From NCBI RefSeq assembly GCF_006345805.1, contig NC_043002.1:79794001-79858000 (forward strand): 64,000 nucleotides of DNA, given 5' to 3'. The notes beneath the pieces were generated by a model. The model was given only the letters and a program-made list of their open reading frames with translations, had not been told where the DNA came from and ran no database searches. The DNA is from Octopus sinensis. Taxonomy: Eukaryota. Positions 41,491-54,086 of the stretch are shown here, one piece after another. Made by a program: the position numbers and the translations under genes. Position 1 is the stretch's first letter; each line of letters opens with the position of its first letter.

Positions 41491-41832
41491 CCATAATAAT
41501 AGGCTACTTACTAAGACCCTATCACCTTTTTCCGGAGGCACAGCCTCTTCCGCTCCCGGCTTAATGCTCAGTAGGAATAATTTAGTAGTAATAATGATAT
41601 GAGAGCCAGTACAGTGACACATAATCTCAGCTCCAGCCAGGGAGTACCCACTAGGGGTTATAGTTATAAATAGGGGTGTTGTGGTTGATGGTAACAATGG
41701 AGTAGTGGTAGAGAGCCCCTTTAGCATCCCCAGCATCATTTCCCGCAATAGCAGTACCACGGGCAGTAGCAATGACAGCACTCTGATAGATAGTGGAGAA
41801 TCAGGGGTTATTCCTATAGTAATAGTGACGTA

Positions 41833-42321
41833 GTGGAAAATAGAGTAGTAAGCGGCTGCAGGTCTCGGAACGAATATAGTGACAGGAACGCAGTTCTAAT
41901 TTCAGAAACCAATCCTAGCAGAGTAAGATTCACGTCGGCGAACTCCAAGATCAAAAACGCCGTCTACCAATGCAAGGTTTACACGGACTCAGATGCCTTC
42001 ACTTATATAGGGGCATCGTCCTCAAGATTGTCTTTGCGTGTCTCCAACCATTACGCAACTTTTCGGGACGTGAACAAGCGCCAGACCACGGGACTCAGTA
42101 AGCTAATATGGCGACTGAAGGATGCGAACTTAAGCTATAGGCTGGAATGGTCAATTTTGTCGGTGGCCCTCCCATTTGATAGGGGCAGAAGACAGTGCAA
42201 CCTTTGTGTCTCCGAACTCTTCCATATTTTGTTTGCCAGAGGGCCGGATGGTAAACGGGTCTTACAGTCGGCTTTTCGATGCCCCCATTGGCGGCGTTAC
42301 ACTTATCTGGCCTTTAAATAG
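41833..42321 (+). CDS. GIY-YIG endonuclease domain of the PLE (C-terminal part of the PLE ORF)
   Basis: AVYQCKV..TYIGASS..LRVSNHYATF..LSKLIWRLKD..LEWSIL..PFDRGRRQCNLCVSE..; the minus-arm copy ends MVNGLLQSAFRCPHWRRYTYLAFK*. VYQ/YIG motif, conserved Arg and CNLC fit PLE endonucleases. Confidence 0.8.
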   Translation: MENRVVSGCRSRNEYSDRNAVLISETNPSRVRFTSANSKIKNAVYQCKVYTDSDAFTYIGASSSRLSLRVSNHYATFRDVNKRQTTGLSKLIWRLKDANLSYRLEWSILSVALPFDRGRRQCNLCVSELFHILFARGPDGKRVLQSAFRCPHWRRYTYLAFK

Positions 42322-42926
42322 CGTTCATAAATAGACCGGCACCCATAGCCCTTGGTAACAAATTCTGAAATAGATTTTAAGATATCTACAATTAACCACT
42401 GCAAGGGAAATTACTCCTGTAAGACAAACGGGGCTTGTGTTTTTTCACAGCGGGGGGTTCCTGTCAAGGTAGGCTTAGATGAACACACACACAACACATA
42501 AAACATAAAATATATATATATAATTTCTTTATTTTTTTTTCTTTCTGCCACCCAACGGTTATCACGGCAGTAGCCACTGACAGCCGAACGATCAAACGCA
42601 CACACGTACACAAAAAATGTTTTCTACCCCTACGCCAACACACATATATAGAACAGTATACACACACACACGTCTCTAAGTAGATTTTTTCTCGCCCCTT
42701 ATAAAACATCCAATATTCTTTAAATAGTCAGAACTTTATTCTCGGTCACAAAGAACATCTATACACCCCCACCCACATGTTTGACCGATGCTGACCTGTT
42801 GAATTCTTCAGCCACCGGTTCTCAACATACACTGATAAACAGTTCGCCATGGGCTCTTAGGAGCACAGTTCGATTTGTTTTTGCTCTGCCTGTTTCTGTT
42901 TTTGTTTTTCCAACGGATTTCCTTTT

Positions 42927-43013
42927 TTCTTCCTGAAGAGAAAGACACAATATGGTCCCATTATTCAATCGGATTTTGGTAATTTGTGCCTTTCGAAACA
43001 CGTGTAGAATGAA
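42927..43013 (+). ncRNA. Type-I hammerhead ribozyme in the PLE pseudo-LTR, intact core
   Basis: UUC CUGAAGA GAAAG ACAC..[long insert]..GUGC CUUUC GAA ACACGUGU A GAA: canonical core, 5-bp stem II base GAAAG/CUUUC, palindromic stem III ACACGUGU, GUA site at 43004-43006. Confidence 0.8.
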
Positions 43014-43235
43014 ATAAAACGATTTCTGTTCAATCTGCGTTCAGCTCATTTCTTCAATTCACCAATAATGTTTTAATTTCAATTATCCGCACCAACGCAC
43101 GGTTGCAACGCCAGATGGTTGTACCTCCAACCGTGCTGTTCACTGCTGTGATTTTTGCTACTAAGGTATCGGTTAACTTTTGATTAATCCACTACAAGAT
43201 TATTCATCTTTCTATTTCACATAATCTATATATAT

Positions 43236-43296
<61 letters not shown>

Positions 43297-44221
43297 TATA
43301 TATAAATATATATATGTATGTGTTTCCACATATATATGTGTGCATGTGTAAATATCATATAAACACACTCGCGCACAACACACATACAGTCTAGCACATA
43401 TATACGCTCTCTCTCGCACGCATACAAGTCTATTTATTTATGTTTATGTACACACATAATTACATCTATTTGAATCCATGATTGTGTGGGTGCGTTACAA
43501 AAAGAAGATAGAAAATACTATATATAAATATATACATGCATACACATTAATACATGTATGTATATGTATATATATGTATGTATATGTATATGTACTGTCT
43601 CTGCTTTCATTGTTTTTATCGCTGTCTTAGAGCAAAGATCGGCTAGAATTTACCACTGCTGAACTTAATTAAGTGGACACACTATTTCTGGTGAGTGACG
43701 ACCAGACGTTAAGAGAATCTGTTTACTTGATAAGAGGACACGTTAATCTGCCATGCGAAGGTGGCGAATGTAATTGACTACACTGAACTTACAACAGAGA
43801 AAACGACAGCTATACTACACTTCTTACTGCTTATTAAGTTACGCTGAAACATTCGTTTATTAAGATGGATAGAGAAACAAAGCCATTGACCAGAAAGAGA
43901 AAAATGGTAAAAGTTTCATTTCAAGAGAAGTAGAGTCATTGATAGGTTTAACTAATGTCAGACACAGACGATCAGTGTTTGTATAGGAGGATGTTAAAAT
44001 ACAATTGACATGTCTGAAATGGTAATTCATTCCTTAGCTTTTATCTTTTACTTCTTTCTGTCATTGGATAACGGCCACGCTGGAGCACCGTGTTGACGGG
44101 GTTTTCGAGAACAAATGGACCACAGTACCTACGTTTTGTTTTTCTATTACGCCAAACTGCTGATTTACGGCAACGCAAACGAACCAGCACCGGTTGTCAG
44201 GCAGGCTCTGGCGAAAAACAC

Positions 44222-44309
<88 letters not shown>

Positions 44310-44313
44310 GTCC

Positions 44314-44344
<31 letters not shown>

Positions 44345-44898
44345 GCTTAATATACACAGTATATAATTTCATTAAACGGCATTTATCTTTCACTAAATTA
44401 ATTTTTGTCGATCATAAACTCGTCTACGTCGGTCACGAACGACCATGTGAGCACCTGAGAGGTGCCCCTCCGTGTTACAAATCTGGGCGGAAATCGCCAC
44501 ACCGGCGAACGCACAACCTAGAGCTGTTTTTATGGAAGGCCAGCAGTCGCACACGCATACCAGCTTCTCTTTTCCATGCCACCGATGTTACCCAAGATAA
44601 GGCAAAGAGCGATACAACTTGGCACCAGTGACATCACAACTCATTTCTACAGCTGAGTGAAGTGGAGCAACGTGAAATAAAGTGTCTTGCTCAAGAACAC
44701 AACAAGCAACCCGATCCGGGAATTGAACTCATAACCTCACGATTGTAAGCTCGACGCTCTAACCACTGAGCCATGCACTTTCCCTTTGATAAACTTACAT
44801 TAACGGCAAAGTAAGCTAGACACTCACACACGCAAACACACACATATATGTACATACATATATATATATATACATGTGTGTGAGTGTTTATTTGTGTG

Positions 44899-44930
<32 letters not shown>

Positions 44931-45416
44931 TGTATGTATGTATGTATGTATGTATATATGTATGTATGCATGCATGTATGTAAAAAGGCTTCTTCATTGT
45001 TTTCGTTTACCAAATTCACTTGCTAGGTATTGGTGGAACCGGACTCAAAACAAAATACTCTTGCTCAAGGTGTTGTTCAGTGTGATTGAACCCACCCATG
45101 AAAAGGTTCGAATTTTTATCGTCTATCTTATAGTCTATGCATTTCCTTCCCACGTCAACTCATTTTCCTTTAGAGATTATTTTCCATCTGGTAATTATTT
45201 GCTCTTCAGCACAACGTATAGGGCGAAAGAAAGGACAACGCTGATGAAATTTGGAGAGGGATGAGCTCTGCTATGACAAAAATTGCTCAAAAGACGCCGT
45301 ATGTCACAACAGCATCCTTAGGATCCTTTCAAAGATCTGAGGGCTCATGAAAAGGCGTATATCTATCTGTCTATCTGTCTGACTGTCTATCTATCTGTAT
45401 ACATACATACATACAT

Positions 45417-45468
<52 letters not shown>

Positions 45469-45477
45469 ATATATTTA

Positions 45478-45910
45478 TCAAAGTAAGCAACAAGGATAGC
45501 CAGAGGTAATGCAGTACGATCGTTTCAGGCGACTCCATTTAATTGAAAAATGCAAACATTACGTCAATTTAAAATGTAGAGCAATCAAATATACAAATAT
45601 AGAATTTAATTAAATTCGAAGGATTCATTTGCATAATTTTCAAATGAAAATAAAATGAAAATTATACAAATGATTCCTTCGAATTCAACTAAATTCTATA
45701 TTTGTATGCAGCTGGAGATTGCTCTACATTTTAAATTGATGTAATGTTTGCATTGTTCAATTAAACGGAGTCGCATGAAACGATCGTACTGCATTACCTC
45801 TGGATATCCTTGTTGCTTATTTTGATTATAATCACCCCATTTTGAATTGTATGGATAATACCATACTAAATTCTTGTGCCTTAACTTAATTACTATATTC
45901 ATCTGAATCT
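45478..45910. repeat. Long fold-back palindrome (45478-45825) plus ~85-bp unique flank
   Basis: Arms of about 165 bp are reverse complements with scattered mismatches; ~15-nt loop at 45642-45656. Confidence 0.88.
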
Positions 45911-45920
45911 AATTTTACTG

Positions 45921-45969
<49 letters not shown>

Positions 45970-46002
45970 ATATATATATATTAATATATATATCTATATA
46001 TA

Positions 46003-47095
46003 TGTATAAGGGTGAAAAGGAACACACGATTGATATATATGAAAAAACAAGTCAAAAATAGAAAATGCTAAAATAATTTTATAGTGAACATTTCAGTACC
46101 GGTTTCGGTCATTTTGAGACCTTTTCAACTGTAACGATTAATAATTAAATTTAGAAAATTAGAAGAAAAGTTTTTTTAAAGGAATATTTCTATAGTAGTG
46201 TCAGGTATAAGTGGCATTCTGCCTTTCTCTGACTCCCTTGCTTGCACTTGTGTGTTGGAGGTCGTTGTGAGTTCTTGGTAGGGTAGTAGAAAAGAAGGCT
46301 GATGAGGAAAGGGGGTGGGAAAATCGGGAGGAGCCCTGATGGTCGTATTTTGAATGGTCAGTGGCGGCTAGCAGTCGCAGTTCAATTCAGGAGAATATTT
46401 CTATTGAAAGGCTTGTTTATAGAATTTGCGTAGGTGTTATACCAAAAAACATTAGTGACAAAGTTAAGGTAGAAAGGTGGAGAGTAGAAGAGAAGAAGAA
46501 GAAGAAGAAGAAGAAGAAGAGAAGAAGACGATGTTGATGATGATGATGATGAAGAAGAAGAAGAAGAAGAAGGAGAAGAAGAAGATGACGATGATGATGA
46601 TGATGGTGATGATTATGACGACTGATTGATGAATAATGATGATGATGAAGAAGAAGAGGACGAAAAGAAAAAAACAGAGAAGGGAGAATATGAATGGGTG
46701 AAAGTAGTGAGGTGTTGTATGACTTGAAGTTGCATGTTATGGATTATAGCTGTGATTTTAGCTGTGATTAGTAATGATTCTTTAGAATGTAATATTTGTG
46801 TGTGTATATTTCTTTTTTCTAAAGTTGAGGTATATTAATTGTTTGTCGTAGACCCGTTAAGAAGTGGCCTGTATTTTGTAATAAAGAGAGTTTCTTTACT
46901 TATTCGTTGTCTCGAGGTTGTATCGTCCCTAAATTGGTAGAGGGAAAAAAATCCTGAAGCTTGGTGTTTTTTTGTTGGCGCAAGTATCTATGTGTTGGCT
47001 AAAAGCTATTTTTCTGTTTTGGGGGAATTTTTATCTGGGATCTGTGCAGGGCCATTCGTTTACGCAAAACTATTTTTTGTTTGGCCTATGTACTG
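46003..47095 (-). mobile_element. 3' fragment of a second PLE family: GIY-YIG C-terminal half (47095-46835) plus pseudo-LTR
   Basis: With one frameshift the minus strand reads QYIGQTKNSLRKRMALHRSQIKIPQNRKIAFSQHIDTCANK..FFPLYQF..RQRISKETLFITKYRPLLNG..*, i.e. YIG, R..H, KE and P.LN motifs of PLE endonucleases. Confidence 0.75.
46094..46131 (-). ncRNA. Minimal hammerhead with U3-A8 core variant
   Basis: Minus strand: CAG UUGAAAA GGUC UCAAAAU GACC GAA ACCGGU A CUG. Stems I, II and palindromic III are all present; it lies downstream of the PLE endonuclease. Confidence 0.65.
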
Positions 47096-47122
47096 CTCTC
47101 CTCTCTCTCTCTCTCTCTCTCT

Positions 47123-47214
<92 letters not shown>

Positions 47215-47861
47215 CATAATATAGATCGATTATAGACACATATACGCCTTTGTTTGAGCCTTCAGGTCTTTGAAAGTATCCTAAGGACATACATACGCAC
47301 ACACGGACATATACATACAAACAAGCATACACACACACGCACACACACACATGTGCACTTACGACGGCTGTGCACACGCTAAACGTTTTTGACCAAGAAT
47401 GATGATTAGAAGATATAGTATTAAATATGTTCATGCAATATTTAAGTTGCATACTACTTGGCCAACAAGGCAATGATTCTCATTATCAGAGCCAAGGTAC
47501 CTATAAGCAGCTAAAATCAAATAACTACCTCAGTAATGTTACAAGGTTTTATAAGAGAGTAACATTCTCCTGGACATTACTACTACGAAAAGAAATTTTG
47601 AGTGACTTATTGGCAGTGGTCTATCAGCGCACAGCATAATAATTCTGAATTTCTAATATTACGCGCCTTTACTTGATAATCATTAACTCTGCAATGGATT
47701 CATCCGCTCATCTGCTGATTATTGTTACTCATGCTTGGTTTTGTATTAATCCAGTAAACATCTGAATAAGTCAACGTCTGTTTAATACCGGATTGCACAA
47801 AACGATGCTATAGATACACGATACTAGTGTGACTCACTGGGGCAAATGACGTTGCGCGCAC

Positions 47862-47926
<65 letters not shown>

Positions 47927-47974
47927 ACACACAATCACATGTATATATTTATGTTGTATATATGTATTCTTTTA

Positions 47975-48365
47975 CTCTTTTACTCTTTTACTTGTTTCAG
48001 TCAATTGACTGCGGCCATGTTGTAGCACCGCCTTTAATCGAGCAAATCGACCCCAGCTCTTATTCTTTGTAAGCCTAATACTTATTCTATCGGTCTGTTT
48101 TGCCGAACCGCTAAATTACGGGGACGTAAACATACCAGCATCTGTTGTCAAGCAATGTTGGGGGGGGAAGGGTACAAACACAGGCACACAAACATATACA
48201 CACACACACATATATAAATACACATATATACGACGGGCTTCTTTCAGTTTCCGTTTACCAAATCCACTTACAAAGCTTTGGTCAGCCCGAGGCTATGGTA
48301 CCACGCAGTGGGACTGAATCCGAAACCATGTGGTTGGTAAGCAAGCTACTTATCACAGAGCCACT
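47975..48365 (-). mobile_element. tRNA-derived SINE, family B
   Basis: Colinear with 4915-5320. Confidence 0.8.
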
Positions 48366-48490
48366 CCTATGTTATATATATATATACATACGTTATACAT
48401 GTATATATGTCTTTCTCTCTCTTTCAATATATATATACGTTTATATATGCATATGTTTATATATATATATATATAATATATAATATTATA

Positions 48491-48534
<44 letters not shown>

Positions 48535-49139
48535 TATATGTATACACATTATATATGTGGTTGTGTACACACACACATCTATATATACTTATACACACAC
48601 ACACTACGTACATACGTTATAGACACAAACACACATACACACATACTCACACAAGCACAAACGCATACAGACATACACCACATCATATTCCTTTTACCAA
48701 ATTGTACTTACCACGCGTGGTATGTATGTAATTTCTCTCCTTAATTGGAATTTCAGAATATATTTTACCTGATCACCTGCTTGAGGCTCAGTGGCAAAGC
48801 AAAGACGTTTAACAATTAATATTTGACTTTTCCTTTTCGTTATTCTTTGTGCAATTAATCACCGTTTAAAAATTTTCCGAATGTCAATGTGTCCATTCGT
48901 ATAGTATCAATTATGGAGCTATGTTGTATCCCTAAGTCTCCAACTTTTGTCTTATTTTGATCCAGTGTGGGTGTTACTTACTCTGTCGCTCCATGAATAA
49001 TGCTTAGACTGTTTCGTTTGTGCTTTCCATACTGGATCGACGGACATGTCAGTAGTGGAAAAATATCTCATTCTCTGTTTTTTTTTCTTCTTTTGACTAT
49101 TGTGACGTAAAGTGAGAAATTTTCCCCAGCATATTATAC

Positions 49140-49640
49140 AGTTAATATACGAGTTAATTTGTTCCCGGAGACCGCTCGTAAAGCAGAACAACAATTTCCC
49201 ATTGTAGCAATGTTATAAATTGTAATTCGTTCCCAGAAAAATATTTTACCTATAAAATTTATAATACTTGTAAATAAATGACAATAAAAGAACAGTAGAA
49301 TGTAAAGAATATTTTATGTTAAGTTAAAAGAATGTCAAGATCATTTATAATAAAAAAAAACTCCATTGGTATTATAATCGTTTCCTGCATCACTTTCACT
49401 CGCACTAGACTCGCGCACACCATCACTTTATACGCCAACGCCGATTCACAAGCGCTCGTAGACGGACTTGTAGATATATTTTTAAAACACAAGTCTAGAG
49501 TTGTTTGCTTAGAAGAAACGTTTTTCACCTTCTATAAAGTTGTCGGTAACACGCAGACTCATTTGTTACGGCAATAGAAACTTTTGCACTTCGTTCAGAA
49601 TTAGGTCCTGTGCTTGAAAAAATTTCAGCTCACCATACAA
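49140..49640 (-). mobile_element. Tigger/pogo-like transposon 3' remnant
   Basis: Minus strand ..GPNSERSAKVSIAVTNESACYRQLY.. then ..SKQTTLDLCFK resembles Tigger C-termini; 49140-49240 resembles Tigger subterminal sequence. Confidence 0.55.
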
Positions 49641-50531
49641 AAGAGAGCTGAAAAATAAAACTCGTAAACTCAGAGTCTCGTCAAGTGAGGTACTACGCAA
49701 CTTTTAAAAGGTGGCCCCAGACAACATCATCCGATCACTTGTGTTTTAGACTATCGACCGTGTTTTCTTTCTATGTTTCGCTAATATTCCTTTGATTCAT
49801 AAATTACCTTTAGTCTTTTTTTTTCTACCTCCTTGGCTTCCTGATTGTTCTGGACATAAACAATATAGGTTATGAAAGTTAATATCTTAAAGACATACTG
49901 TCTTCGTTGGAAATGATGCATCTAAATAGTTTCTATGTAAAAAGAGAGAAAGTAAACAGTTTCTGTCAATGCAACTAGTTTAATAAAACCTTTATATTTC
50001 GAACTCAAAGTCCCATCTTCAGGAGAAAAGAAGGGTCTAAGAAAAGTCCAGTTATGTAAGCTCCTGCTGCTTACGTTTTTCGATATTACAATGCTTTCTC
50101 TGTCTTTCTTTTTTCTCGCTTCTTTGAGTTTTTGGTCTCCTCTTTCTTCACCCTCTCACATCTCTCTGCTTTTCTTACTCTGTACTTCACTGACACTACC
50201 TTTCTTTTGTCCCGCCAATTCTTGGCACGCTCTCTTTCTTCTCCCTCCCTTTCATTCCTTCTTTCTCTATCTCTTCTCCCTCTCTTTAATTCCTTGCCCC
50301 TTTTTTCTCTCTCTTCTCTTCTCACGTGACCACCGGTCAACTACAGCCTTTCGGCTTCTGACCAGTGCCAGAACAACAACAATTTCTTCGTCTGCCGTAA
50401 GGCATTATCTTTCTCACACGCCAGCTAATTTGAATTGGTTCAAGTCGAAAGACGCCCGTTGTCTTTGTCCTGTTATTATTATTATTAATATTCTTCTTCT
50501 TCTTCTTCTTCTTCTTCTCTTCTTCTTCTTC

Positions 50532-50599
<68 letters not shown>

Positions 50600-50983
50600 T
50601 AGTTTTATTTTTATAGCGTGCTTTCACTTGAAGGTTTCTACTGCGACTCTCATCTTCGAAGCTTAACTCTCCACCTTCGAACAGTTGGTTTACCTACAGC
50701 ATCATCTTCATAAACTTCACAAAGGTTTTTTGCAAGTCTTTGCAATATTTTCTGTTTTTAAACAAGAAAAACATTACAACGCGAATGTGAAAATTTTGGT
50801 TATCCATTTCAAATGTCATTAAAGGGTAACCGAAAAATAAATATTTTTTTAGTCAAGAACAAAAAAGAGATGCACCGCCACTTCAAGCAACGCCAAAGTT
50901 TTAACTGTGTTACGTTTCAGATATGTTGAATGACGCATTAAAAGATTTACCTTAAAAACGCTCAGAAATTTCCGGACAAAATA

Positions 50984-51039
<56 letters not shown>

Positions 51040-51049
51040 ATATATATAT

Positions 51050-52503
51050 AAGGATATTATTGTTTACAACAGTATCGAGTGGTATATCATGCGTAATAAC
51101 CATCAAGGAAATACCATAAGTAACAATTTTTATTAATATTGAATGTGCTACAAGGGGAACCCGTACACTATAGAAATCGGTCAGAAAACGACTAGAAGCA
51201 CAAAATTTCACTGATAAACATTGAAATCGGAGATGTGAGCAGAAATTCTAAGCCCCCGTAGCAATATCAAAAGAAACGTAAATTGGAAAGTCAGATATAT
51301 CCGTATCGTCACGTTTTCAAACTTTGTGAAAATATAACTTAGTTATTCTCAGCGAGTCTTACTGACCAAACGGACATAGAAACTGCTCAGCTCAACAATA
51401 TGATCGATGACCGATTTTAGTAAAACTCGCTCAGGATAACTACTAATTATTCAACAATAAAAAAAAATTATTTTAAAAAAGGGCTGGAAATAGCAGCCGA
51501 GTTAATATACCGCCGACTTTCTTCTAATAATATATACAGATGATACGAACTATGTAACGTACCTGGGAATGGGACGTGGTGGTTACCGAAGCATGCTTTT
51601 TAACTGATTTCTAGTGAATCAGGGTTGAGCTAGGACTAGAAAGGATAAAACAAATACAAAACAAAAAAACTGTAAAAGCTGTTAAGAACGGTAACATATT
51701 CAAAGGCAATCAACAACGACAACATCAACAATATTCAGAACGAGAAGACAAATATATATATATATATATATAATATATATTATATATATATATATATAAG
51801 GATATTATTGTTTACAACAGTATCGAGTGGTATATCATGCGTAAATAACCATCAAGGAAATACCATAAGGTAACAATTTTTATTAATAATTGAATGTGCT
51901 ACAAGGGGAACCCGTACACTATAGAAATCGGTCAGAAAACGACTAGAAGCACAAAATTTCACTGATAAACATTGAAATCGGAGATGTGAGCAGAAATTCT
52001 AAGCCCCCGTAGCAATATCAAAAGAAACGTAAATTGGAAAGTCAGATATATCCGTATCGTCACGTTTTCAAACTTTGTGAAAATATAACTTAGTTATTCT
52101 CAGCGAGTCTTACTGACCAAACGGACATAGAAACTGCTCAGCTCAACAATATGATCGATGACCGATTTTAGTAAAACTCGCTCAGGATAACTACTAATTA
52201 TTCAACAATAAAAAAAAAATTATTTTAAAAAAGGGCTGGAAATAGCAGCCGAGTTAATATACCGCCGACTTTCTTCTAATAATATATACAGATGATACGA
52301 AACTATGTAACGTACCTGGGAATGGGACGTGGTGGTTACCGAAGCATGCTTTTTAACTGATTTCTAGTGAATCAGGGTTGAGCTAGGACTAGAAAGGATA
52401 AAACAAATACAAAACAAAAAAACTGTAAAAGCTGTTAAGAACGGTAACATATTCAAAGGCAATCAACAACGACAACATCAACAATATTCAGAACGAGAAG
52501 ACA
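51050..52503. repeat. Near-identical tandem duplication, period about 748 bp
   Basis: 51050-51750 and 51798-52503 differ only by a few 1-bp indels that I could find; separated by (TA)n. Confidence 0.92.
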
Positions 52504-52746
52504 AATATATATATATATATATATAATATATATTATATATATATATATATATAAATATATATATATATAATGTGTGTGTGTGTGTGTGTTTGTGTGTGTG
52601 TGTGATGTGTGTGTGTGTGTGTGTGTGTGTATCGATGTATGAGTGAAAACAGAACGTAAGCGATCCGGCTGACGACAGGAAGATTAAAACATACCTACCT
52701 ACCTACCTACCTACATACATACATACATACATACATATCTATATTT

Positions 52747-52777
<31 letters not shown>

Positions 52778-52780
52778 CAC

Positions 52781-52844
<64 letters not shown>

Positions 52845-52881
52845 TATACATGTATATATATATATGTATATATGATATATC

Positions 52882-52912
<31 letters not shown>

Positions 52913-53611
52913 ATAATATATAATATATTATATATCTATCTATCTATCTATATATATATATATATATATATGCATGCACATGATTTTTGCATACATATAA
53001 ATATTCATAATTATAATAGTATGCCGGATAAAAACATAAGAAAGATATAAAAAACCACGCTATTTTGTAAGTTTTACCTAATGGGAAGAGAGACATATTT
53101 TCACGCTGTCTTTAAAATCAAAAGAAGCTACGCGCCATTTATTCATTAAGTAGGAACATTTTTTCTATCTATATATTCAGAAATGCACGTGTAAAAACAA
53201 CCATCATTCATTTACATGAGTTGTTCAATTCTTTTATACGTGTACCGAAAAATCTGCATCTACCTTTTATATCTCAGCCTTTTCTCTCAAACGAAAGCCG
53301 TCAATCCTTTTGTGGGTTTCAGTTATGACTGTGACATTTCAACGTAATAGCAATGATATGTATATATATAGTTACTATTATGTTAAAATGTCGCATTTGG
53401 TCAAATGCGTTTTTTTTTTCAATATTTATTTTCGCTGGCAATGGCGGGTTCTTTTGGTCAAAGTATCGTATATCCAGCTGCTTCAGAATTCAACACATCA
53501 AAGATTGTCAAAGTTTAGTACACTGGTTTTCCTGTGAAATGGTGGAAATATCTTTTCGTTTTCTGAAAAAGTAACTTTTTGGACTTACGACACTTTTGCA
53601 TAATAACAATG

Positions 53612-53656
<45 letters not shown>

Positions 53657-53829
53657 CTTTTTACTGCGAATATTTTTTTAAGTAATGTTGGGTTTCAGTC
53701 ATGACTGTGGTATGTACATGTAAATAATAATAATAGTGATTATATCATATGTAAACAAACATAATAATGAGGCATATAATCCCTTGCGCAGTGATCGCTA
53801 TAAGTTATAAATGTCTAAAATACTATTAT

Positions 53830-54052
53830 ACTCTTTACTCTTTTACTTGTTTCGGTCATTTGACTGCGGCCATGCTGGAGCACCGCCTTTAGTCGAGCAA
53901 ATCGACCCCGGGACTTATTCTTTGTAAGCCCAGTACTTATTCTATCAGTCTCTTTTGCCGAACCGCTAAGTGACGGAGACGTAAACACACCAGCATCGGT
54001 TGTCAAGCAATGCTAGGGGGACAAACAGACACACAAACACCAACACACACAC

Positions 54053-54086
<34 letters not shown>

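Larger units (their letters stand above)
40244..43224 (+). mobile_element. 5'-truncated Penelope-like retroelement (PLE family 1)
   Basis: RT and GIY-YIG coding remnants followed by a ~900-bp 3' non-coding region carrying a hammerhead; ends in (TA)n. Confidence 0.9.

Noticed and set aside
49990-50030. Minus-strand CUGAAGA..GGAC/GUUC..GAAAUAUA hammerhead-like motif
   Set aside because: Core present but stem I does not pair next to the core; single copy, so treated as degenerate.
51037-51530. Non-autonomous Helitron-like ends (TCTATATAT.. start, ..TTCTAA end)
   Set aside because: No GC-rich subterminal hairpin found, and the TC start is missing in the second copy.
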